This document shows positions 56,360-64,000 of a stretch of 64,000 nt of DNA, piece by piece. This DNA is from an uncultured Thermoplasmata archaeon (GTDB taxonomy: Archaea; Thermoplasmatota; Thermoplasmata; SG8-5). The notes under the pieces were generated by a model that was not told the origin of the DNA, did no database searches, and saw nothing but the letters and a program-made list of their open reading frames with translations. The stretch is from contig CAYHBA010000002.1 of the NCBI GenBank assembly GCA_964354755.1, positions 92,002-156,001 on the forward strand, in the 5' to 3' direction. Every line of letters starts with the position of its first letter. Position 1 is the stretch's first letter. The position numbers were made by a program, and so were the translations under genes.

Positions 56360-56815
56360 ATGGTCGAGCACAGGACATGCTCCTTCTGCGGCGAGGCCAT
56401 AGAACCCGGCACAGGCAAGATGTACATCAAGAAGGACGGCACGGTGTTCACATTCTGCAGCAACAAATGCAAGAAGAATAATATTAAGCTGGGGCGCGTC
56501 AACAGGCGAACTCGGTGGACCACGAGGTACGCGGAGCTAAAAAACAAGGGCCTTGACAGGGAAACAGAGGAGAAACCGGCTGAAGAGGAGAAGCCCAAAC
56601 CCATGAAGCCAGTGGCCAAGCCGGCAGCCAAACCTGCAGCCAAACCTGCAGTCAAACCTGCAGTCAAACCTGCAGATAAACCCGCAGCTAAACCGATGGG
56701 TAAACCTGCAGCCAAACCTGCAACCAAGCCTCCCCAGAAGCCAGCCGTGAAAAAGGTTCCTGCTGAGAAACCGGCTCCCGAAAAGAAGGAAAAGCCAGCC
56801 GGGAAATCAGAGTGA
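56360..56815 (+). CDS. rpl24e: Ribosomal protein L24e with a K/P/A-rich repeat tail
   Basis: [31 protein letters not shown]. The tail carries AKPAA repeats. Confidence 0.85.
   Translation: MVEHRTCSFCGEAIEPGTGKMYIKKDGTVFTFCSNKCKKNNIKLGRVNRRTRWTTRYAELKNKGLDRETEEKPAEEEKPKPMKPVAKPAAKPAAKPAVKPAVKPADKPAAKPMGKPAAKPATKPPQKPAVKKVPAEKPAPEKKEKPAGKSE
56617..56741 (+). repeat. Tandem 15-nt coding repeat (gccaaacctgcagyc, about 8 copies) encoding the KPAAKPA tail of L24e
   Basis: Direct tandem repeats are visible in the sequence. Confidence 0.7.
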
Positions 56816-56819
56816 TTGC

Positions 56820-57269
56820 ATGGAGCGCACTTTCGTCATGGTCAAGCCTGACGGTGTCCAGCGCGGCATTGCCGGCCAGGTGGTTTTAAGGCTTGAGGCA
56901 AAGGGCCTGAAGCTCGTGGCGGCCAAACTGATGACCGTCGACAAGGGGCTTGCGGCCAAGCATTATGCCGAGCATGCGGGCAAGCCCTTTTACGAGGGGC
57001 TGGTGGGCTTCATCACTTCCGGGCCTGTCCTTGCGATGGTTTGGGAGGGCGATGACTCCATTTCCGTAGTCAGAACCCTGGTCGGAAAGACCAACCCCAG
57101 GGAGGCCGGCCCCGGAACGATACGCGGCGACTTCGGCATGACCACGGGCAAGAACATAATCCATGCGTCGGATTCTGAGGCTAGCGCCGAGCGGGAGATA
57201 GGCCTGTTCTTCTCCAAGAAGGAAATCCAGGAATACAAGAGAATTGACGAAGTTTGGCTTTATGATTGA
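56820..57269 (+). CDS. ndk: Nucleoside diphosphate kinase
   Basis: [15 protein letters not shown] and NIIHASDS motifs. Confidence 0.9.
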   Translation: MERTFVMVKPDGVQRGIAGQVVLRLEAKGLKLVAAKLMTVDKGLAAKHYAEHAGKPFYEGLVGFITSGPVLAMVWEGDDSISVVRTLVGKTNPREAGPGTIRGDFGMTTGKNIIHASDSEASAEREIGLFFSKKEIQEYKRIDEVWLYD

Positions 57270-57270
57270 G

Positions 57271-57969
57271 TCACCGCAGGCCCCTGACCACCATCTTCCC
57301 CACATATTTGGAGCAGGCGTCCGCCATGTCCAAGACTGCCTCGTTCCCATAGGGTTTGGTTTCGCGCAGAGCCTCGTCCCGGGCATGGAATGGCGCGAAC
57401 TGCTGCAGCACATATCTCTTCGGATTTTCCAGCCCCTTCGCGATGTCCACGACATCCTTTTTCGTATGGATGCCCGGTACTACCGTAGTCCTGAACTCGT
57501 AGTCGATGCACGAGTCCTTGACAGCCTTGATGGACTGCTTTATTTTCTCGAGGTCGGCCTCGACGCCGATTGCCCTGCCGTATCTCTTGTCCAATGGGGC
57601 CTTCACGTCCATGGCTATGTAGTCGACCAGCTTCTTCGCGATTAGGTTCCGCAGAACCTCTGGAGAAGAACCGTTCGTGTCCAGCTTCGTAAGCATTCCG
57701 AGGCGCTTGACTTTTCGGAGCATATCCTCCAGGTCAGGTTCCAACAGGGGCTCGCCGCCCGTGATGCACACGCCGTCCAGGAAGTCCCTGTGCCTCCTCA
57801 GGCTGGCGCTCACGGACCGCCAGGACTTCTCCGGGTACCTGTCCGGATTCTCCAGCAGCTCCCAGTTGTGGCAGAACGGGCATCTGAAGTTGCACCTGGG
57901 CGTGTACAGGACCATTACTATCTTCCCGTCCCAGTCCAGAAAGGAAGCGTCAATGATGCCGCGTATCAT
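57271..57969 (-). CDS. Radical-SAM activase (anaerobic ribonucleotide reductase activating protein-like, NrdG family)
   Basis: CNFRCPFCHN motif, 232 aa. Confidence 0.55.
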   Translation of the reverse strand: MIRGIIDASFLDWDGKIVMVLYTPRCNFRCPFCHNWELLENPDRYPEKSWRSVSASLRRHRDFLDGVCITGGEPLLEPDLEDMLRKVKRLGMLTKLDTNGSSPEVLRNLIAKKLVDYIAMDVKAPLDKRYGRAIGVEADLEKIKQSIKAVKDSCIDYEFRTTVVPGIHTKKDVVDIAKGLENPKRYVLQQFAPFHARDEALRETKPYGNEAVLDMADACSKYVGKMVVRGLR

Positions 57970-58006
57970 GTCCCAGAGTATGCCGCCGGCCGATTAAAAC
58001 ATGTCG

Positions 58007-58930
58007 CTACCGAACAATGCGTGTGCCTGCCTTTCCTGCCATGGCCTCCGCGAGATTGTCATGGCTGGCTATTATGGCCCGCCTGCCGCCGTTCTCCATG
58101 AACTCTATCACGGCCTGAATCTTCGGCCCCATGGAACCGGGCGGGAACTGGCCCTCTGCCAGGAACCTCTTCGCCTCCTTGACAGTCAGGATGTCCATAT
58201 CAGCCTGGTCCGGCTTTCCGAAGTTAATCGAGACCTTGTCCACTGCGGTGAGTATTATCAATTCGTCCAGGTCCAGCTGCTGGGCGAGCTTTGAAGAGGC
58301 ATAGTCCTTGTCCACCACGGCCTCGACGCCGTCCAGGGTGCCGTCCTCCAGCTGTATTACAGGAAGACCCCCTCCGCCGCAGGCAATGACTATCTTGCCC
58401 TTCTCCAGCAGATGGCCGATGGTGTCCTTTTCAACTATCCGGAGCGGCTTGGGGGACGGAACCACCCTGCGCCATCCCCTGCCCGAGTCCTCCGCCACTG
58501 TCCATCTCTCCTTCCTGACTATCTCGTCAATCTCATCCTTGGAGAAGAACTGGCCTATGGGCTTGGTCGGGTTCTTGAACGACGGGTCATTCTCGTCCAC
58601 GACGACCTGGGTTATGATGGTGACAACGTCCTTGCGCACGACCTTGGACTTCTTCACGGTGTTCTGCATGGTCTGCTGAAGCATGTACCCCATGCTTCCG
58701 ACCGTCTCGGCCACGCACACGCCCAGCGGGTAAGGGGGAATGATCTTCCTGGCGTTCTCGTGCCTCCTTATGGAGTCTCCGACCTGGGGACCGTTTCCGT
58801 GGGTGAGAATTATATCGTAGCCCATCTCCACCACCTTCAGAAGCTTGGCGCAGGTCTCCCTCGCATTGGCGAACTGCTGGTAGATGTTCCCTTCCTCGCC
58901 CTTCTTAATCAGGGCGTTGCCGCCTATCGC
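58007..58930 (-). CDS. arcC: Carbamate kinase. The canonical N-terminus is in frame upstream of the first ATG, so the start codon is uncertain.
   Basis: HGNGPQVG and IVIACGGGGLPV motifs. The in-frame upstream peptide KTAIIAIGGNALIKKGEEG is the conserved N-terminal motif, but it is not preceded by ATG, GTG or TTG before a TAA stop. Confidence 0.65.
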   Translation of the reverse strand, partial: AIGGNALIKKGEEGNIYQQFANARETCAKLLKVVEMGYDIILTHGNGPQVGDSIRRHENARKIIPPYPLGVCVAETVGSMGYMLQQTMQNTVKKSKVVRKDVVTIITQVVVDENDPSFKNPTKPIGQFFSKDEIDEIVRKERWTVAEDSGRGWRRVVPSPKPLRIVEKDTIGHLLEKGKIVIACGGGGLPVIQLEDGTLDGVEAVVDKDYASSKLAQQLDLDELIILTAVDKVSINFGKPDQADMDILTVKEAKRFLAEGQFPPGSMGPKIQAVIEFMENGGRRAIIASHDNLAEAMAGKAGTRIVR

Positions 58931-58993
58931 GATAATCGCAGTCTTCAGATTACATCCCCCTTCGAAGGAGTCGGTAAAACCTGGGCCGGCTAT

Positions 58994-59581
58994 TTAAGCA
59001 TTGCCCATTTTCAGCTCCCACACTGCCAATGTCTCGAAGAAAAGCCCCTCCTCGGCAACCTTCCTGGCCGAATAATGCTTCCTGGCCTTCTCCAGCACTT
59101 TTGCCTCGCTCTCCGAGGATGTCAGCAGGTATATCCTTCCGCTCCTGGCCAGATGTTTTTCTGCCTGCTCCAGGAACCTTGTTGAAACCTCATGGCCGCC
59201 CGCCCCGCCGACCCGCGGCCCTTTTTCCTGCCCCGAAAGGCTATCGGTATCCTGAGACGACAGATAGGGCGGGTTGAAAATTATAACATCGAAAGTACCT
59301 TCGACCTTCTCGAACAAGTCCGAATGAACCAAATCCAAATTAAGGGTGTTTATGGCTGCATTTTGGCGCGCATTCTCTACCGCGTCGATGGAAATATCCG
59401 CCCCCTTCACCAAGCATCCGGCCTTGGCGCAGTGCAGGGCGATGATTCCTGTCCCCGTGCCCATCTCCAGAACCCGCTGGCCCTTCCTCACTTCCATGGC
59501 CGACAGCAGGAGGTGGGTGTCCTCTGACGGGGCGTAGACGCCGGGGTGGATCTCGATTTTAATAGTGGAATCGGGTTTCAC
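58994..59581 (-). CDS. HemK/Mtq2-like N5-glutamine methyltransferase (class I SAM MTase, NPPY motif)
   Basis: VLEMGTGTGIIAL and IIFNPPYL motifs. Confidence 0.55.
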   Translation of the reverse strand: MKPDSTIKIEIHPGVYAPSEDTHLLLSAMEVRKGQRVLEMGTGTGIIALHCAKAGCLVKGADISIDAVENARQNAAINTLNLDLVHSDLFEKVEGTFDVIIFNPPYLSSQDTDSLSGQEKGPRVGGAGGHEVSTRFLEQAEKHLARSGRIYLLTSSESEAKVLEKARKHYSARKVAEEGLFFETLAVWELKMGNA

Positions 59582-59635
59582 ACCTTTACATAATCGGAGA
59601 TAGGTTTAAATTAACTCCTCCCTTGAGGACCATGG

Positions 59636-60559
59636 ATGCTCGAATACCTCCCAATCCCGGCGATTATCCTCGGCGCCCTGGCCTATGCCTGGTGGCGCAA
59701 AGCGTATCTCACTCAGGTCACGGTCATAGCCCTGTTCTTCATCTTCCTCTATGTGTTCATACCCACCTGGATAGGCAATCCTGTCGGAGAGGACAATGTA
59801 GACGCCTTCACATTCGTATCCTCCAGAATCGGCAATCCGGCTTACTTTCACACTGTCATCACATCAGTTTTCATGCATGTGAGCCCGATGCACCTCATCA
59901 GCAACATCCTGATACTCTACCTCATAGGCCTGCCTTTGGAGGAGCGCATCGGGACCGGCAAATGGGGCGCCATATTCCTTGCCAGCGGCATCGCCGGCAC
60001 TCTGATGTACTTCCTGTTCGACATGTCCTCCGAGGTCCATCTGCTGGGCGCCTCGGGAGCGATATTCGGCCTGGGCGGGGCTCTTCTTATTCTGTATCCC
60101 AAGGACGAAATACCCATGTTACTCGGCCCGATTTTCAGCGCCAGGGCTCCTGTCTGGGCCGCGGTCGGCATCCTGTTCGTCTGGGAAACGGTGCTCGTTT
60201 TCCTGCAGGTGGACGACGGCACCGCGCACACAGCCCACATAGGGGGCTTCGTGTGCGGCCTTTTCCTGGCTCCTATGCTGGTCAAACATGTGGCGAGGCA
60301 AAAATCAAAGCAGTTGGATTTCGAGCTGCTGAAGAAAATGGTGCTGAAGCCCGAGGACCGGATGCTGCTGGACAAAATAGAGAAGGAGACAGAACCCGAC
60401 GTGCGCAAGGCATGGCTCGAGTTCTTCATGAAGGAGGCGGCAAGATGCCCGAAATGCAAGCGCCATTTAGGGGAAAGCTATGCGAAGGACGGGAAAAATC
60501 CCACCGAAGGAGGGCCGATAAAATGCGCCTGCGGCCAGTCATACGATATCTGGAAGTGA
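59636..60559 (+). CDS. Rhomboid-family intramembrane serine protease with a C-terminal zinc ribbon
   Basis: GASGAIFGLGGA contains the catalytic Ser. AHIGGFVCGLF contains the catalytic His. C-terminal CPKCKRH...CACG. Confidence 0.7.
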   Translation: MLEYLPIPAIILGALAYAWWRKAYLTQVTVIALFFIFLYVFIPTWIGNPVGEDNVDAFTFVSSRIGNPAYFHTVITSVFMHVSPMHLISNILILYLIGLPLEERIGTGKWGAIFLASGIAGTLMYFLFDMSSEVHLLGASGAIFGLGGALLILYPKDEIPMLLGPIFSARAPVWAAVGILFVWETVLVFLQVDDGTAHTAHIGGFVCGLFLAPMLVKHVARQKSKQLDFELLKKMVLKPEDRMLLDKIEKETEPDVRKAWLEFFMKEAARCPKCKRHLGESYAKDGKNPTEGGPIKCACGQSYDIWK

Positions 60560-60563
60560 CACC

Positions 60564-61868
60564 ATGTTCCTCGGCTTCGACGACACGGATTCAGTCAAGG
60601 GCATGTGCACGACTTACCTGGCCACTGAGATGGTCAGGGAGTTTTCCGAGTTCGACCTGCTCGGATATCCGAGGCTGGTCAGGCTGAATCCCAACGTGCC
60701 TTGGAAGACCAGGGGCAATGCAGCTTTGTGCATCAGGCTGGGCGAGGGCACGGGCGAATCCCTGAAGATCGGGGAGATTGCCGGAAGGGACATTCTTTGT
60801 TACCCGAAGGGAAAGCCCGTATTTCCCACCGAAGAGATATTCGAGAAAGCGATAAAAATCGTTGAGAGAAACGCAAGGTTTGAGGATCCTAACACGAACC
60901 CGGGGCTCGCCATATCCTTTTACAAACCACCGACTGGCCTCTACTGGAAGGCCGTGAGAGACGTTGTCAGCCTGCAGTTCCACCTCGAGGAAGCAAATCC
61001 GGACTTTGCCCACGGCTGGAAGAACAAGAGGGGCATTATCGGCGCGGTCTCGGCAATGGCCTGGCAGCCCAGGGACAGGACATACGAGCTCATAGCCTAC
61101 CGGGAGAAAAGGAAATGGGGCACCCCGAGGAAGGTCGATGCCGCAAGCGTGGTCAGGATGGACAGGAAATTTCCGGGCACGTTCAACAACTACGATTATG
61201 AAGAGAAAAGGCCGGTGTTCGCGCCGGCATCCCCTTGCCCGATTTTATTCGGCATAAGGGGCGAGGCTCCGGATTATCTGCCCGCGGCATCCAAAATGGT
61301 CAAGTCGGAAAAGATCGACCGCTGGATCATATTTCTGACCAACCAGGGCACCGACGACCACATCATGCCAGCGAGTGTCTCCAACCTGCGCCCATACACC
61401 TCGGTCCGGGTGAGGGGGACAGTCGCGCGCGCGCCCAGAATTATAGTTGGCGGCCACCTGATATTCCCGATAACCAACGGCAAGGACACTGCTGACTGCA
61501 CGATATATGAACCGGCCAAGTCCTTCAGGCATGTCGGGGAGCTCCTCATGCCCGGAGACAGAATCACAGTCCAGGGCGCTGTCCGGGAGGAACCCCTGAC
61601 GATCAACGTAGAGAAATTGTTCATCGAGAGATTGGCCGAACAAATGGTGAAGACAGCCAACCCTCTCTGCAGGAAATGCAACAAGCGCATGAAGTCCTAT
61701 GGCAGAAACCAGGGTTACAGATGCGCGAAGTGCGGGGCCAAGTCCGACAGGGCGGAATTTTCAAGGCTCAAGAGGGACCTGAAACCAGGCTGGTACGAGC
61801 CTCCGGTAGGCGCGATGCGGCACCTGGCCAAGCCCCTCAAAAGGATGAGGCAATCTGGCCCAGGATAA
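60564..61868 (+). CDS. tiaS: tRNA(Ile2) 2-agmatinylcytidine synthetase TiaS
   Basis: N-terminus MFLGFDDTDSVKGMCTTYLA...YPRLVRLNPNVPWKTRGNAA matches TiaS. A C-terminal zinc ribbon CRKCNKRM...CAKCG is present. Confidence 0.75.
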   Translation: MFLGFDDTDSVKGMCTTYLATEMVREFSEFDLLGYPRLVRLNPNVPWKTRGNAALCIRLGEGTGESLKIGEIAGRDILCYPKGKPVFPTEEIFEKAIKIVERNARFEDPNTNPGLAISFYKPPTGLYWKAVRDVVSLQFHLEEANPDFAHGWKNKRGIIGAVSAMAWQPRDRTYELIAYREKRKWGTPRKVDAASVVRMDRKFPGTFNNYDYEEKRPVFAPASPCPILFGIRGEAPDYLPAASKMVKSEKIDRWIIFLTNQGTDDHIMPASVSNLRPYTSVRVRGTVARAPRIIVGGHLIFPITNGKDTADCTIYEPAKSFRHVGELLMPGDRITVQGAVREEPLTINVEKLFIERLAEQMVKTANPLCRKCNKRMKSYGRNQGYRCAKCGAKSDRAEFSRLKRDLKPGWYEPPVGAMRHLAKPLKRMRQSGPG

Positions 61869-62616
61869 CGGCCCTGAGCTCAGCCCGCTTTGCCTCGTCG
61901 CAGAAGTCCGGTAGAGTGCCCTCTGCCCTGCTGAATTTTATGCCGTAGTCCACGTCCATCAGGACCAGGAATTCGGGCGCCAGGGGCCTGAGGCCTCCGG
62001 GCTTCTTTGCAGCCCCGTCCAGCATTTTCTCGGCTGTTTCGGGTTTCAACTTGCCCTCTGCCACTTCCAGGACCGCGGAGAGCATTCTCCTGACCAGTTC
62101 CCAGAGGAATCTCTGTGCTTTTATGTCGGCCAGAATCAGCCCGCCCTTCTCGGAGAACTCTATCGAGTCGATTGTCAGGACTGTGTTCTCCATTCCCGTG
62201 TCCTTCTTGGAAAATAATCTGAAGTCATGCTCCCCGATGAAATGCTTCGCCGCCTTTCTGAGTTTGCCGATGGGCGGAACCCCCTCTTTGGGGAAGAAAT
62301 ACCTGTAGTGCCTCTGCCTGGCATGCCTGGGATTGAAACCGTCCCCGACCTTGGCCATGCTGTGGAAGCATATTCCCTCAAGCCCAGAGTTCAGGGCCGG
62401 AATGATGCCCTTGGCCGGGAAATCCGCATCAATGGCTATGACATTCCCGGCCGCGCTCACCCCCTTGTCTGTGCGGCTGGCGCTTTGGAAGGCATCAGCG
62501 ATACCCTTGGCCTTCAGGGCCCTGAGGACTTCTCCCTCCACGGTGCTCTTTCCGGGCTGCCTGGCATATCCCTCGAATCTGGTGCCGTCGTAGGCGAACT
62601 TGAGCGCGTACCTCAT
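61837..62616 (-). CDS. truA: tRNA pseudouridine synthase A
   Basis: MRYALKFAYDGTRFEGYARQ, RTDKGVSA. Confidence 0.8.
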   Translation of the reverse strand: MRYALKFAYDGTRFEGYARQPGKSTVEGEVLRALKAKGIADAFQSASRTDKGVSAAGNVIAIDADFPAKGIIPALNSGLEGICFHSMAKVGDGFNPRHARQRHYRYFFPKEGVPPIGKLRKAAKHFIGEHDFRLFSKKDTGMENTVLTIDSIEFSEKGGLILADIKAQRFLWELVRRMLSAVLEVAEGKLKPETAEKMLDGAAKKPGGLRPLAPEFLVLMDVDYGIKFSRAEGTLPDFCDEAKRAELRAVILGQIASSF

Positions 62617-62664
62617 CGGAATCGGAACATCCTCTATTTATAAATCTGATTCTATGGGGGCGGG

Positions 62665-63381
62665 ATGCATGAAATAGTCGTGATACTGGTCGAACCGAAA
62701 TTTCCCGGCAACATTGGCTCTGTCTGCAGGGCCATGAGCAATTTCGGCCTGGACAAATTGGTCCTGGTCAACCCCTGCGAGCTGGGGGACGACGCCTTCA
62801 GGTATGCGAAGCACGGCAGGTTCGTGCTTGACAAGGCAAGGACCGTGAAGAAACTGGCAAGCGCCCTCAAGGGCCTGGACCTGGTGGTGGCCACGACAGG
62901 CAGGCCCACAGATAGCGACAAGAAATTCCTCAGGGAGCCGATAACCCCCAGGCAGCTGGCCGAGCAATTTTCGAACAAGGCAGGCAAAATCGGCATACTT
63001 TTCGGCAGGGAGGATTATGGCCTGTACAACGACGAGCTGAGGAACTGCGATGTGCTGGTCACCATTCCCACCCATGAGATAAACCCGATAATGAACCTGT
63101 CACATGCATGCACCGTGGTCTTCTACGAGCTTTATGCCCACGGCAGGAAAGCAAGGGCGAAAAAGCTGGCCAAGTCCGTGGAGAAGGAAGCCCTGAACAG
63201 GATATTCGCAGAGTTGCTGGATGAGATCGCCTACTCCCAGCACAAGAAGGCCAAGACCAAGATAATGTTCCGCAAGATTGTGGCAAGGGCCGGGCTGTCA
63301 ACCTGGGAATTCCACACCCTGGCCGGAGTTTTCACCCGGGCAACCAAGTCTGTGAAGCGCCTGAAGGCAGGCAAGCGCTGA
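62665..63381 (+). CDS. SpoU/TrmH-family RNA 2'-O-methyltransferase (TrmJ-like)
   Basis: IVVILVEPKFPGNIGSVCRAMSNFGLDKLVLVNP. Confidence 0.6.
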   Translation: MHEIVVILVEPKFPGNIGSVCRAMSNFGLDKLVLVNPCELGDDAFRYAKHGRFVLDKARTVKKLASALKGLDLVVATTGRPTDSDKKFLREPITPRQLAEQFSNKAGKIGILFGREDYGLYNDELRNCDVLVTIPTHEINPIMNLSHACTVVFYELYAHGRKARAKKLAKSVEKEALNRIFAELLDEIAYSQHKKAKTKIMFRKIVARAGLSTWEFHTLAGVFTRATKSVKRLKAGKR

Positions 63382-63963
63382 TCATTCGATGAGCTTGCCG
63401 CCGTTCTTCATGACCAGCGGGTTGAAAGTGGCGAAATCCGCTTGGTGAATGAACACTGTCTCTATGACCTGGGGCGCGCCTTCCCCTTCCTTGGCATGGC
63501 AGGCGATTGTGTTGGCCACTTCGTCCGAGAATCCGGCCATCTTTGCCATGACCGTGCCGGAAATGGGGTGGCGCATGCATGCCCCGGCTTTCGATTTCTT
63601 GTACCCGCCCTTGCCGTCGGGGGTAGTCTCCAGCAGCTTACCGACATCATGGAGCAGACCGCCGACAATGAGCCGGTCCATGTCAATCTTGTACGGCATC
63701 TTTTTATAACTGTCAATCTGCGCCTTTGCCAGGCCGATTGCGCCTTCTGTCACGGCCTTTGTGTGCTCGATAAAGCTCACTCCATGGCAATCGGTGAGCA
63801 GGGTGAAGGGCATCCTCTCCAGTTCCTTGAGGGTTTTCCAGCCGCCGTCCCTGCAGCCCTGCACCCAGACCTTCACGGCCATCTGCCGCATTTTCTTGTC
63901 CTTGATTTGCCTCAGAAGCGGGCCGAAGATTTTCTCGATATCCTTTTCAGCAATCATTGTCAC
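63382..63963 (-). CDS. HD-domain metal-dependent phosphohydrolase
   Basis: H...LLHDVGKL HD motif. Confidence 0.6.
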   Translation of the reverse strand: MTMIAEKDIEKIFGPLLRQIKDKKMRQMAVKVWVQGCRDGGWKTLKELERMPFTLLTDCHGVSFIEHTKAVTEGAIGLAKAQIDSYKKMPYKIDMDRLIVGGLLHDVGKLLETTPDGKGGYKKSKAGACMRHPISGTVMAKMAGFSDEVANTIACHAKEGEGAPQVIETVFIHQADFATFNPLVMKNGGKLIE

Positions 63964-64000
63964 ACCTTGACTATGCCCATGGCCTTGTCTGTCTTGGCCT

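Noticed and set aside
59623-60687. A 354-aa ORF in an alternative frame of the rhomboid gene
   Set aside because: The rhomboid frame carries the catalytic GASGAIFG and His motifs and the TM helices. The alternate frame is Arg/Gly/Pro-rich with no features.
1-64000. CRISPR arrays, IS transposases and integrase genes
   Set aside because: No regularly spaced direct repeats with unique spacers were seen. No DDE/HUH transposase or tyrosine or serine recombinase motifs were recognised in any frame, so the low-GC island has no identifiable mobility gene within the window.

Overview
This looks like an archaeal chromosomal segment, Thermoplasmatota-like by gene content (lineage not provable from sequence alone). 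Background GC is about 55-58% and the window is densely coding. Housekeeping content includes SRP54, the DNA polymerase D small subunit, TFB, Gar1, an L7Ae-S28e-L24e-Ndk cluster, thymidylate kinase, and tRNA-modification enzymes (TiaS, TruA, TrmJ-like, TrmY-like, MtaB-like, KptA, DtdA). Three tRNA genes were found by manual folding: tRNA-Cys(GCA), tRNA-Leu(CAA) and tRNA-Val(UAC). Leu and Val both carry introns at a non-canonical position inside the D-loop, about 126 nt and 30 nt respectively. Accessory content includes a small Ras-like GTPase next to a 1539-aa scaffold protein with two tandem CARDB-like plus Roadblock/LC7-like modules, and two paralogous about 1000-aa STAND-ATPase/TPR proteins that carry a homologous Roadblock-like insert in their NTPase domain. 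I rate this GTPase/Roadblock set as the most interesting candidate system. There is also a third wHTH-STAND-TPR regulator, a probable heliorhodopsin, a NikR/ZupT/CDF metal-homeostasis cluster, and a HerA-like ATPase with no NurA neighbour next to an HDAC-family gene. A low-GC (about 40-45%) island of about 9-10 kb lies next to tRNA-Val. It encodes a protein with nine tandem zinc ribbons and an embedded PD-(D/E)xK-like nuclease domain, Cys-rich zinc-finger proteins, two archaeal type-IV-pilin-like proteins and two large secreted surface proteins (one GLUG-repeat, one beta-propeller/PKD), all sharing promoter-like and terminator-like motifs. A dispersed structured repeat family of about 195-280 nt occurs three times, each copy abutting the 3' end of an unrelated minus-strand gene, and its long stem shows compensatory base changes. 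No CRISPR array, integrase or transposase was recognised.
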